54,141 nucleotides of DNA from positions 1 to 54,141 of the IMG/VR virus record IMGVR_UViG_3300035703_000124. The stretch is one strand, 5' to 3'. The translations under genes were made by a program, and so were the position numbers. Each line of letters begins with the position of its first letter. Position 1 is the first letter of the stretch. This stretch comes from a virus. Taxonomy: Duplodnaviria; Caudoviricetes. Below the pieces are notes generated by a model. It did not search any database. It worked only from the letters and a program-made list of their open reading frames with translations, and had not been told where the DNA came from. Shown in pieces: positions 9,181-18,889 of this stretch.

Positions 9181-9929
9181 AAATAGCAGTTTGTGTTTCT
9201 GGTGGTGTTAGATATACACATTTAGGATTAAAAAGTATTCAGAAAATTGTTCCAAATGAATATGTAAAAATTTTTATCCATACTTGGAAAGTTAAAGATG
9301 TAAATTCTTTTTTGAACACAGTCTCTGGATTGCAACATAAAGAACAAGATAAAGTTATTGAAACTAATCTTTCACTATTAGAAGAATATAATTATGAAAA
9401 ATTATTAATTGAAAATTATGATAAATGTCAGAAAAAATTTCAAAATCTTTTAGATAGTTTGAAATTTATTCCTTCAATAGACACTGAAGATACTGAACCA
9501 AGAACTGATGTTGGTCCTATCAGTATGCACTATTCAATATATAAAGCGAATGAATTGAAAAAGGAATATGAGAAAGAAAATAATATAAAATTTGATTGGG
9601 TAATTCGGATGAGAACTGATAGTGATTTCCGTTATGAACAGTTGGATTTAAATACTTTGAACCATGAGTTAAACATTCCTTCTGGTGAAGATTGGGGAGA
9701 TAATTCAATTAATGATCAATTTGCTATTGGAACTTCTCATGCAATGGACTTATATTCAAGTCTTTACAATAATTTTCATTATACTCAAAGCACTAAATTT
9801 TATCCAGAAAGAATTCTTGCATTGCATTTAAAAAATGTAAATTTAATTCCAAATCGAGTAGATTTTCCTGTTAGAATTAATAATGGAATTGATTTTAGAA
9901 AAGTTTGGTATCCTCATTTAGTTGAATGA
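9177..9929 (+). CDS. Putative glycosyltransferase-like protein
   Basis: MKIAVCVSG..R, FIHTW, FDWVIRMRTD, NDQFAIG and PE motifs; glycan-island context. Confidence 0.5.
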   Translation: MKIAVCVSGGVRYTHLGLKSIQKIVPNEYVKIFIHTWKVKDVNSFLNTVSGLQHKEQDKVIETNLSLLEEYNYEKLLIENYDKCQKKFQNLLDSLKFIPSIDTEDTEPRTDVGPISMHYSIYKANELKKEYEKENNIKFDWVIRMRTDSDFRYEQLDLNTLNHELNIPSGEDWGDNSINDQFAIGTSHAMDLYSSLYNNFHYTQSTKFYPERILALHLKNVNLIPNRVDFPVRINNGIDFRKVWYPHLVE

Positions 9930-9932
9930 AAG

Positions 9933-10676
9933 ATGATATCATTTAATAATATTGGTCATATGGGACGTTTGGGAAATCAAATGTTCCAGTATGCTGGAGT
10001 CAAAGGAGTAGCAATTCATAAAGGATATTGGTATTCTGTACCTTCTAACACTTCTTTGAATCAGTGTTTTAAAATACCAGAAACATTATCTAACAACAAT
10101 AGCAGGATTGTTAATGTAGAAAGGTTTGAATTTGATGAGGAGTTCTTCAATAATTGCCCTGATGATGTTGACGTGTGTGGATATTTTCAATCAGAAAAAT
10201 ACTTTAAGCATATAGAGAATCAGATTAGACAAGACTTTATTTTTCATGATAGAATATTGAAAGAATGTTTATCTTATCGGAGTACCTTATCAGGCACTCA
10301 TTTAATATCACTACATATTAGAAGAAGTGATTATATTAGCGATCTAAATTTTGAGTGTCTTTCACTTGATTATTATTGGAACGCAGTAAAACTTCTACCA
10401 AACTTCCCAGTGATAGTTTTTAGTGATGATCTAGAATGGTGTAAAAAACAGTTCAGTCAAGATCCGTTTATTATCTCTCCATTTGAAGATCCTTTTTTTG
10501 ATCTTTGCTTAATGTCTCTTTGCGATTATCACATTATTGCCAACTCCTCATTCTCTTGGTGGGGATCTTGGTTATCAAATAGTAAGCAAACAATTGCTCC
10601 CAGAAAATGGTTTTCCGGTGAATTTTCAAACTGGAATACTAAAGATTTATATTTACCCGAATGGATTATAATTTAA
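9933..10676 (+). CDS. Alpha-1,2-fucosyltransferase (GT11 family)
   Basis: GRLGNQMFQYA, GYFQSEKYF, HIRRSDY, VFSDD, IIANSSFSWWG. Confidence 0.9.
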   Translation: MISFNNIGHMGRLGNQMFQYAGVKGVAIHKGYWYSVPSNTSLNQCFKIPETLSNNNSRIVNVERFEFDEEFFNNCPDDVDVCGYFQSEKYFKHIENQIRQDFIFHDRILKECLSYRSTLSGTHLISLHIRRSDYISDLNFECLSLDYYWNAVKLLPNFPVIVFSDDLEWCKKQFSQDPFIISPFEDPFFDLCLMSLCDYHIIANSSFSWWGSWLSNSKQTIAPRKWFSGEFSNWNTKDLYLPEWIII

Positions 10677-11413
10677 AAAATACTATGAATTTTTCTTCTG
10701 ATTTACATAATAAAGCAATTATTGATACTGGATATGAATATCGTGGAAGGTTTTCAAATTCTTATGTTTATACTGGATTTGTCGATAATTTCATGAAAAA
10801 AATTCATGAAAAAGAGTGGGATGGTCCAAAAGTTTATCTTGATATTGGATCTAGAGATTTAATGCAAACCATAGAGGTTGCACAGTATCATCCAAATACT
10901 AGATTTATTGCATTCGAACCTGTTCCTTGGCAATATCAGGTTTGTTATGAAAGAAGTTTGGAGTGGGATAATATCGAAGTTTATAATTATGCCATCTCTG
11001 ATAAGGAAGGACTTGCTGATTTTTGGCAATTAGATACAAACACGGGAGCATCATCATTGTTAGAACCAATGCATGATATTCCTGCTAGTAATAATATAAG
11101 TAAAAAGATTATAGTTGAATGTAAAAGACTTGATAATTTTCTTCCTACTATAGGAGTAAATTCTGTAGATTGTTTATGGATTGATACTCAAGGTACAGAA
11201 CTCAATGTCTTAAAAAGTTTAGGAAAGTATATTGACAATGTAATGTTTATACACACGGAGGCATCTCCCAAACCTTATTACAAAAATCAAAATATAAAAA
11301 GTGAGATTGAAACATTTTTATACATGAAAGGATTTGAAATGGAATTTACATCTTGTCCAGGACATCCATATGGAGAAGGAGATATAATTGCATCAAGGAG
11401 AAATATAAAGTGA
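10661..11413 (+). CDS. FkbM-family SAM-dependent methyltransferase
   Basis: YLDIGS, AFEP, AISD..G, GASSLL, LWIDTQGTEL.VL; alternative start at 10685. Confidence 0.85.
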   Translation: MDYNLKNTMNFSSDLHNKAIIDTGYEYRGRFSNSYVYTGFVDNFMKKIHEKEWDGPKVYLDIGSRDLMQTIEVAQYHPNTRFIAFEPVPWQYQVCYERSLEWDNIEVYNYAISDKEGLADFWQLDTNTGASSLLEPMHDIPASNNISKKIIVECKRLDNFLPTIGVNSVDCLWIDTQGTELNVLKSLGKYIDNVMFIHTEASPKPYYKNQNIKSEIETFLYMKGFEMEFTSCPGHPYGEGDIIASRRNIK

Positions 11414-12321
11414 AAATTTTATATGTTTATAATTTTGCTTACTTAGATTATCAATCTGATACTGTTTATCATGGTTTGATTGATAGTGGTATGGATGTTT
11501 ATGAAACTCATTATCCATCATATATGTTAAATGGATTTGTCTTTGATAAGCAATCTATGTATGGAGATGTTTGGCAAGATATCTATGGAGGACTGCCAGG
11601 AACAACTTTTACTCTATATGGTAAATTAGATTATACTCCTAAAGTTGAATCTGGAGAAATTATCATTGATAAGATTAAATCAAAATTTTATGATATTGTA
11701 ATTTATGGATGTGTTTATGATCATGATGGAATGCCAAGAAGAAAATGTTTAGATTACCTTGATGAAGTAATTAAATATTATTCTAAACATGAAATTCATT
11801 TTATTGATGGATCTGATAATTCTTGGAATTATGCCCACTCTAATGGGTTAGCACCATATGGGACTATATGGAAAACTCAGTTGGAAAGTATTGGTGCAGG
11901 GAATCCAATTTGTTTTGGTATTCCTGAATCGCAATTAATTAAATCAAATCCAAAAAAAGAAAAATTATTTGCGGATATTATTCCAGGAATTAAAAAAACA
12001 TATGTTTACTCTGATGAAGAATCATATTATAATGATTATGCAAAATCTTATTATGGGATGACTTGGAAAAAAGGGCAGTGGAATTGTATGAGGCATCTTG
12101 AAATTCTTGCAAATAAGTGTATTCCATATTTTCCAGATATTGAAGATTGCCCTCCTTTTGTGATGATGGATTTCCCGAAGGAGGTATTTAGAGAAACTAA
12201 TAAATACGCTAGAAAGTATGAAATTCATCCAAATTATGAATGGATTAATGATTATATTTTTGATTATACTAAAAATAATTTGACCACTAAGAAAATTGTT
12301 GAGAGGTTTTTTAGAAAATGA
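11410..12321 (+). CDS. Putative glycosyltransferase (GT-B-like)
   Basis: GTG start overlapping the upstream TGA; KKGQWNCMRHLEILANKCIPYF C-terminal motif. Confidence 0.5.
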   Translation: MKILYVYNFAYLDYQSDTVYHGLIDSGMDVYETHYPSYMLNGFVFDKQSMYGDVWQDIYGGLPGTTFTLYGKLDYTPKVESGEIIIDKIKSKFYDIVIYGCVYDHDGMPRRKCLDYLDEVIKYYSKHEIHFIDGSDNSWNYAHSNGLAPYGTIWKTQLESIGAGNPICFGIPESQLIKSNPKKEKLFADIIPGIKKTYVYSDEESYYNDYAKSYYGMTWKKGQWNCMRHLEILANKCIPYFPDIEDCPPFVMMDFPKEVFRETNKYARKYEIHPNYEWINDYIFDYTKNNLTTKKIVERFFRK

Positions 12322-12920
12322 AAGTCGTTCAAATAGGGACAAATAGAGCAAATGATGATCTTTCAAACTATTTGAAATCTAACTGCAAAAATAATTTTAA
12401 CAAGTTAAATTTTGGATTATTTGTTGAAGCAAATAGTATTCATATTAATGACATCAAAAATTGCTATTCAGATTATGAAAATATTTTTGTCGAAAACGTA
12501 GCAATAAAATCTCCATTTCAAACTGGAGATGAACTTGAAATTTTTTACAATACTCTTGATGTTAATGGAGAAATTTCATCGTGCAAATATGATCACGTAT
12601 ATACTCATACAATATGGTGTCCAGAAATTTGCCATGGAGAAATTAAATCATTCAAGGTTCCCTGCATATCACTAGAAACTTTGTTGGACAAATATAAAAT
12701 TTCCTATTTGGATTGGCTTTTGCTGGATGTTGAGGGAATAGATGCGGAACTTTTATTGACTTTTAATTGGAAAAAATATGAAATTAAAAAAATAGAATTT
12801 GAACATTTACATCTTGGAGATTATTCTTATACCATCGAACATATGTTGATTGGTATGGGATATAAAAGAGTGGATTCTTTAAGTCAAAATGATTGGGCTT
12901 TTGAAAATAAAAATGAATGA
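12318..12920 (+). CDS. FkbM-family methyltransferase
   Basis: VQIG.N, FVEAN, ENVAI, LLLDVEGID, IEFEH. Confidence 0.8.
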   Translation: MKVVQIGTNRANDDLSNYLKSNCKNNFNKLNFGLFVEANSIHINDIKNCYSDYENIFVENVAIKSPFQTGDELEIFYNTLDVNGEISSCKYDHVYTHTIWCPEICHGEIKSFKVPCISLETLLDKYKISYLDWLLLDVEGIDAELLLTFNWKKYEIKKIEFEHLHLGDYSYTIEHMLIGMGYKRVDSLSQNDWAFENKNE

Positions 12921-13648
12921 ATATAATAATTCCAATGGCAGGTGAGGGAACAAGATTTCCTAGAGACACTTATAAAATTCCAAAACCTTTGATTGACATT
13001 AAAGGGATTCCAATGATTCAAAGAGCAATTAACTCTCTTGGATTGAATGGGACTTATCATTTTGTAATCAGAAAAGATAGTTATTATGATCAGGTTTGCA
13101 CATTACTTCATAAAATATTATTAGATCCAAAAATTATAAGTGTAGAAGAAACTACAGAGGGACCTGCAGCAAGTTGTCTTCTCTTTAAAGATTTTATTAA
13201 TGACGAAGAAGAACTTGTGATTGCAAACTGTGATCAGATTATGTGGTGGGATCCAAATTTATTTCTTAATACTGCACGTTATTATAAGTATGATGGTCTT
13301 ATTGTGACCTATTCAACCACGACTCCTAAAAACAGTTATGCAAGAATCGATCAACAAGGATTTGTTCAAGAAGTTAAAGAGAAAGAAGTGATTAGTGATA
13401 TATCTTTAAACGGAATTCATTATTGGAGAAAGGGAAAATACTTTGTGCAAAGTGCAGAAGATATGATAAAATGTAATGATAGAGCACCCAATGGTGAATT
13501 TTATGTAGGACCCTCTTATAACCATATGATTAAACGTGGACTTAAGGTTGGAGTACATCACATCCCAAATTATCAGCATATCCCAGTTGGAGTTCCAGAG
13601 GATTTGAATTCATTTCTAGAAAAGTATGAACGTAACAAAAATTACTGA
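12917..13648 (+). CDS. Sugar-phosphate nucleotidyltransferase (NTP_transferase family)
   Basis: IIIPMAGEGTRF, PKPLIDI.G.PMI, TEGPA, IANCDQ, EKEVIS, NGEFYV. Confidence 0.85.
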   Translation: MNIIIPMAGEGTRFPRDTYKIPKPLIDIKGIPMIQRAINSLGLNGTYHFVIRKDSYYDQVCTLLHKILLDPKIISVEETTEGPAASCLLFKDFINDEEELVIANCDQIMWWDPNLFLNTARYYKYDGLIVTYSTTTPKNSYARIDQQGFVQEVKEKEVISDISLNGIHYWRKGKYFVQSAEDMIKCNDRAPNGEFYVGPSYNHMIKRGLKVGVHHIPNYQHIPVGVPEDLNSFLEKYERNKNY

Positions 13649-13946
13649 TTATGTGAGAGGTTGGTTTATTGGAAACTTTGAACCATCTCTTTTGAAAACA
13701 CCTGACTTTGAGGTAGGATTACTATCACATAAGAAAGGTGAACATTGGGCACCGCATTATCATAAAGAAAGTGTAGAATATAATGTTCTTGTTTCTGGAA
13801 AAATGGTAGTTCAAGGAAAGGAACTGAATAGTGGAGATGTATTTGTATTAGATAAGAGAGAAGTTGCTGATCCAATTTTTCTAGAAGACTGTACATTAGT
13901 CGTCGTTAAAGTTCCTTCTATTCCTTCTGATAAGTTTGAGGTTTGA
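13626..13946 (+). CDS. Cupin-domain protein
   Basis: GWFIGNF, HYHKESVEYNVLVSG (cupin metal motif 1), GDVFVL. Confidence 0.75.
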   Translation: MNVTKITDYVRGWFIGNFEPSLLKTPDFEVGLLSHKKGEHWAPHYHKESVEYNVLVSGKMVVQGKELNSGDVFVLDKREVADPIFLEDCTLVVVKVPSIPSDKFEV

Positions 13947-13947
13947 A

Positions 13948-15186
13948 ATGAAATTCTTCAGAGAATTAACTGATCAAGAAAGAGATCGTTGTGTTGTTGC
14001 AACGTATTATATTGAATCCTATAAAGAAGTTGGGACACTTAGAGATGCTGCATGGAATCTTGCGATTGGACAAAGTGTAGGTAATCCAAAAGTTCGTAAT
14101 CGCTGGGAGAGTGATGAACTGTTTGAACTTGCATCTTGCATCGTCTATGCTGATGAAGATGAACTTTCACAACTCACAGAAGGTGTGGTAAAGATTGGTT
14201 TCCCTAAAGTGAATACTGATTGGGAAGGCGATGGAATCTCACACCTTCTCTGCCAACTAATGGGTGGTCAACTGGACATTGATGTTTTCAAAGTTTGCAG
14301 ACTGCAAAAGTTGGATTTTCCTTCTGATGTTGAAGCATCATTCATTGGACCTAAAAATGGTATTGATGGTATTCGTAAGTTTGTCAATCGTTACGACAAG
14401 CCTCTTTCTGGTGCGATTGTAAAACCAAAGACTGGAATCTCCCCACAAACTCTTTCTGAAATGGTGAAAGAACTTCTTGATGGTGGTGTAGACTTTATTA
14501 AAGAAGATGAGATTCTTTCTAATCCTTCATTCTGCCGTCTTGAAGATCGTGTGGAATTGATTTCTAATATTGTCAATAACTGTGGTCGTAATGTAATCTA
14601 TGCATTCTGTATTAATGGTGATCACCATACCATTCTTGATCGTGCTAAGTTTGTTTCTGATAATGGTGGAAATGGTATTCATATTAATTTTTGGTCTGGT
14701 CTTGGGGTTTATAACTCTGTTAGAAAGATGGACCTACCACTGTTTATCCATTATCAAAAAAGTGGGGACAAAATTCTTACGGATAAACGCCACTCATTTG
14801 GAATAGATTGGGACGTTCTTTGTGACCTTGCTGGTCTCTGCGGTGTAGATACGATTCACGCTGGAATGTGGGGTGGATACTTGAGTGATGATGAAAATGA
14901 ACTTTGCCAAACTATGGAAATACTTCATAATCGTAATGTTCTTCCAGCATTGAGTTGTGGGATGCATCCTGGCATCGTCAACACGACTGCAGAGAAGTTT
15001 GGTACAGACTTCCTCGCCAACTGCGGAGGTGCCGTACACGGGCACCCAGGGGGCACTCTGGCGGGTGCTCTGGCAATGCGTCAAGCAATTGATAAAACTC
15101 CTGGAGCAGAGTTTCGTGCCGCTATTGATAAGTGGGGATATGAAACTGGGGGAGGTTCTTTACCAGAATGGGTTTTAGATTTTTGA
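13948..15186 (+). CDS. RuBisCO-like protein (Form IV, RLP)
   Basis: GAIVKPKTG, GGVDFIKEDE, GVDTIHAG, PALSCGMHPG, NCGGAVHGHPGG..AGA.AMRQA; about 412 aa, full N-domain plus TIM barrel length. Confidence 0.92.
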   Translation: MKFFRELTDQERDRCVVATYYIESYKEVGTLRDAAWNLAIGQSVGNPKVRNRWESDELFELASCIVYADEDELSQLTEGVVKIGFPKVNTDWEGDGISHLLCQLMGGQLDIDVFKVCRLQKLDFPSDVEASFIGPKNGIDGIRKFVNRYDKPLSGAIVKPKTGISPQTLSEMVKELLDGGVDFIKEDEILSNPSFCRLEDRVELISNIVNNCGRNVIYAFCINGDHHTILDRAKFVSDNGGNGIHINFWSGLGVYNSVRKMDLPLFIHYQKSGDKILTDKRHSFGIDWDVLCDLAGLCGVDTIHAGMWGGYLSDDENELCQTMEILHNRNVLPALSCGMHPGIVNTTAEKFGTDFLANCGGAVHGHPGGTLAGALAMRQAIDKTPGAEFRAAIDKWGYETGGGSLPEWVLDF

Positions 15187-15187
15187 T

Positions 15188-15652
15188 ATGAAAATTATTT
15201 CTCATCGTGGAAATCTAGTTGGACCTAATCCGATTAGAGAAAATAGTGTTGACTATATCGAAGAAGCAATTGCTGAAGGATTCGATGTTGAAATTGATTT
15301 GAGAGTCGAGGATGATGAGTTCTATCTTGGGCACGATGATCCTCAATACTTTGTGACCATGGAATGGTTGAGAAAATATAAGGATGTTCTTTGGATTCAT
15401 TGTAAGAATTTAGAGGCACTTGAAAAACTATCTACTTCTGTGGTAAAATTTAATTACTTTTGGCACGAGTCTGACAAATATACAATCACTAGTAAAGGAG
15501 TCGGGTGGTCTTTAGTAGGAGAAACTCCTTATTCTAATTCGGTTATTGTTATGCCAGAAATGACAGAATTGAATGATGAATATATAAAGAATAGTTTTGG
15601 TATATGTACTGACTTACCAATTTTTTATAAGAACAAATTTTTAAACTTTTGA
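15188..15652 (+). CDS. GDPD/PLC-like phosphodiesterase (short form)
   Basis: IISHRGN, ENS..YI..AI..GFDVEIDL, LGHD, WIHCKN, GICTD. Confidence 0.75.
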   Translation: MKIISHRGNLVGPNPIRENSVDYIEEAIAEGFDVEIDLRVEDDEFYLGHDDPQYFVTMEWLRKYKDVLWIHCKNLEALEKLSTSVVKFNYFWHESDKYTITSKGVGWSLVGETPYSNSVIVMPEMTELNDEYIKNSFGICTDLPIFYKNKFLNF

Positions 15653-15656
15653 TTTT

Positions 15657-18644
15657 ATGAATTCGCTAAAAAACAAAAAAATATCTATTATTACCGCATG
15701 TAAAAACAGAATTGATGCTCTTAAAGTATCATTAATGTCATGGTTAAATTTTAAAGAAATACATGAAGTTATTATAGTTGATTGGAGTTCTGATGAACCA
15801 ATTGATTATCTTACTAAATTAGATCCTAGAGTTAAGGTAGTTAGAGTTTCTGATAAACAATACTTTAATCAACCAAAACCTTTAAATCTTGCTGCTAAAA
15901 TTGCAACAGGAGATTATATTTTGAAGGTTGATTCTGATCATACATTTAATCCATATTACAGTGGTATTTCAAAATATTTTCCAGAAGAAAAATCTTTTGT
16001 TTGTGGTAGACTGAATTATAAGTCACCACAATATTGGTCTGAAGAACATCAAGCTTACATAATATCGGATGAATACCTTTCGAATTCACAAAATAGGGTG
16101 CAATATGTTTATTCTTATGCTCCTGTTTTTAGATACTTAACTGGTATTCTTTATGTTAAAAAAGAATATTTTGATTCTGTTGGTGGATATAATGAAAATC
16201 TTGGTGATTGTTATGCATATGAGGATGATGAATTGTATTCTAGACTTGAATTATTTGGTCTTGAACAAAAAGGTCTTGACTTAGATTTTTATTTTATACA
16301 TTTACCTCATCCAGATAAAAAAAGAATAGAAAATTTTAAAGGTTTTGATTGGCAGGAAAAGTATGAAGAGTTAGTTCGAGAAAAATTATCTCCGATGCAC
16401 AGTGGTGATGAATTAGATTGGCAGGTTGAATATGCTCTTTCAGAAAAACATGTTGAAGAAAATAAAGAAAAATTTGGAGATGTAAATCATTACTACGTTC
16501 AACCAAAAACACAATGGAATATCATTCAGATAGATGAACAAAACTATGCTGCATTTGAAATTGCTGATGAATTAATACATAATAAACTCGAAGACTTTCC
16601 ATCAGTTTACTGTATAAGTCTTGAAGAATCTTCCGACAGGAGAACTTATTTAAATAATCAATTTAAAAAATATGATATAAAACCTACGTTTCTAATATCT
16701 AAACGTTATTCTGAGTCTAATGACAATATTGTAGGAAAATATGTGTATAGTTTAAATGATGGTACAAAGGGATGTTGTGTATCACATTTAAAAATGATTA
16801 AATATTGGTACGAAAATACTAATGAAGAGTATGCTTTCTTTTGTGAAGATGATCTGAGTTTAGAAACCGTAGATTATTGGGACTTTAATTGGGAACAATT
16901 TATTGAAAAGTTGCCAGATGATATTGATTGTATTCAACTTCTTACTATTCGAAATGAGTATGATACGTTTGAATTGAGACCAAGATATTGGGATGATTGG
17001 GGAGCAACTGCATATATCTTAACCAGAGAAGGTGCCAAAAAAATTATTGATACGTACATTAAAGGTGATACTTACGTATTGGAAATTGCAAATCAAGAAA
17101 TAATGCCTTTGATTGAAAATATTATTTTTGCATCTGTGGTTAGCACTTATACTATTCCATTATTTGTTGAAAATATATCGTTTAAATCTACTTTTGAACA
17201 TCAAGATAATGATGTGAAAGAAGGACATAAAAATAATCATAAAATCTCTCATGATCTTATTTTAAATATGTGGAAATCAAAAAAACAAGTTTTTTCAGAT
17301 TCTGAAAAAATAAAAAATAAAGTTGAAGTAGAAAAAACAGAACTTGAAAAACTTTTAGAATCATATTCTTTAGATACAGAAAATCCAGAACACAATTTTA
17401 ATCTTGGTGTTTGGTATGAAAATCAAGGACACACTGCGCCTGCACTTTCATACTTTTTAAGATGTGCTGAAAGAGCAGCAGAAACTGATACTACTCTTGC
17501 ATATGAATCTCTTATTCGCGGATCTTATTGTTACTTTAAACAAGGTACAAGGGACGGAAGTGGTAGAGGAATGTTATGGCAAGCACAAATGCTTTTACCA
17601 AATCGTCCAGAAGCTTATTTTTTACTTGCAAGATATGCTGCTAAACAAGAATGGTGGCAAGATTGTTATTCTAATTGTGAGTTAGGATTACTTCATTGTG
17701 ATTTTAATCTCCCATCTTTGAGAACAAATGTTGAATATCCTGGAAAATATGGACTCTTATTTCAAAAAGCGATATCTGGATGGTGGTGGGGAAAGGTTGA
17801 AGAGTCTAGATCATTACTTCTTGACATATTAAGTAATTATGAGACATCTGAATCTGATAAGGAGACGATTAAAAACAATCTTAAAAAAATGGGAATTGAT
17901 AATGTAGAAGATAATCTATCGGTCAAGGATATAAATTTTAATTATCCAGAAGATTTTAATTGGTCTAATTTAACTTATGAAGATATTATAACTATTGAAA
18001 GAGAAGTGGTCCATGAAAAGGTGTATAGATTTTGGAACGATGTCGAAGAAAATGATGTAGTTCTTGATATTGGAGCAAGTGTTGGTGCTTATGCAATTTC
18101 TATTTTAGATCAAAAACCAAAAAAAGTTTATTGTGTTGAACCATCTGAAAATTTCTTAAAGATATTATCTGAAAATTGTTTCAAAAAAACATCTTCATAT
18201 TCTCAAAATCCATTAGTCTGTATTAATTGTGGTATAATTGATGATCAAAATGATCAGATTAATATTTTTGGAGGAGAAAATAAGTTTGTTCCTATGACAT
18301 TTAAAAATATGATTGAAAGATATTCAATTGATCATGTTAATTATATGAAAGTTGATTGTGAAGGTGGTGAGTATTCAATTTTTAAAGATGAAAATATAGA
18401 GTTTCTAAAAAATAAAGTCGATTTTATTGCGATGGAAATGCATTTAAATTACTCTGGTTGCAGAGAAAAGTTTAAAGAATTTAGAGACAAATACTTAATT
18501 CAATTTAAAAATTATAAAGTAATGTCTTGTACAAGACAGAATATTTCTTGGGGAAATTCAATAGATATTAAAGATAAAATTTTTGACAATTCTTTTATTG
18601 ATAATTACACATGTGAATTTATGATATATATAAAAAATCGTTAA
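15657..18644 (+). CDS. Multidomain glycan-modifying protein: GT2-like + GT25-like + TPR + FkbM methyltransferase
   Basis: N-term ISIITACKNR, VDWSS, KVDSD, GGYNE..YEDDE; middle VYCISL..S.DRR, GC..SHL, FCEDD; TPR-like helices (P.RPEAYF); C-term VLDIGASVG, CVEP, MKVDCEGGEY. Confidence 0.8.
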   Translation: MNSLKNKKISIITACKNRIDALKVSLMSWLNFKEIHEVIIVDWSSDEPIDYLTKLDPRVKVVRVSDKQYFNQPKPLNLAAKIATGDYILKVDSDHTFNPYYSGISKYFPEEKSFVCGRLNYKSPQYWSEEHQAYIISDEYLSNSQNRVQYVYSYAPVFRYLTGILYVKKEYFDSVGGYNENLGDCYAYEDDELYSRLELFGLEQKGLDLDFYFIHLPHPDKKRIENFKGFDWQEKYEELVREKLSPMHSGDELDWQVEYALSEKHVEENKEKFGDVNHYYVQPKTQWNIIQIDEQNYAAFEIADELIHNKLEDFPSVYCISLEESSDRRTYLNNQFKKYDIKPTFLISKRYSESNDNIVGKYVYSLNDGTKGCCVSHLKMIKYWYENTNEEYAFFCEDDLSLETVDYWDFNWEQFIEKLPDDIDCIQLLTIRNEYDTFELRPRYWDDWGATAYILTREGAKKIIDTYIKGDTYVLEIANQEIMPLIENIIFASVVSTYTIPLFVENISFKSTFEHQDNDVKEGHKNNHKISHDLILNMWKSKKQVFSDSEKIKNKVEVEKTELEKLLESYSLDTENPEHNFNLGVWYENQGHTAPALSYFLRCAERAAETDTTLAYESLIRGSYCYFKQGTRDGSGRGMLWQAQMLLPNRPEAYFLLARYAAKQEWWQDCYSNCELGLLHCDFNLPSLRTNVEYPGKYGLLFQKAISGWWWGKVEESRSLLLDILSNYETSESDKETIKNNLKKMGIDNVEDNLSVKDINFNYPEDFNWSNLTYEDIITIEREVVHEKVYRFWNDVEENDVVLDIGASVGAYAISILDQKPKKVYCVEPSENFLKILSENCFKKTSSYSQNPLVCINCGIIDDQNDQINIFGGENKFVPMTFKNMIERYSIDHVNYMKVDCEGGEYSIFKDENIEFLKNKVDFIAMEMHLNYSGCREKFKEFRDKYLIQFKNYKVMSCTRQNISWGNSIDIKDKIFDNSFIDNYTCEFMIYIKNR

Positions 18645-18652
18645 TTTTAACT

Positions 18653-18889
18653 ATGAATTTCACAGTTTATTCAAAACCAGGTTGCCCTTATTGTGATAAA
18701 GTTAAAAACGTGTTAGAGTTGACAAAACTCCAACACGTCGTGTATACTTTGGATAAGGACTTTACCAGAGAAGGATTTTATGCAGAATTTGGTGAAGGAT
18801 CTACATTTCCACAAGTAATTTGTAATGATAAAAAGTTAGGAGGATGCGTTGACACAATCAAATTCCTCAAAGAACAACAAATCGTCTGA
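18653..18889 (+). CDS. nrdC: Glutaredoxin
   Basis: CPYC active site, TFPQV, LGGC. Confidence 0.9.
   Translation: MNFTVYSKPGCPYCDKVKNVLELTKLQHVVYTLDKDFTREGFYAEFGEGSTFPQVICNDKKLGGCVDTIKFLKEQQIV

Noticed and set aside
13948-15186. Bona fide CO2-fixing RuBisCO (rbcL/cbbM)
   Set aside because: K334, H294, E60 and N123 equivalents appear absent, and no small subunit or phosphoribulokinase is nearby.
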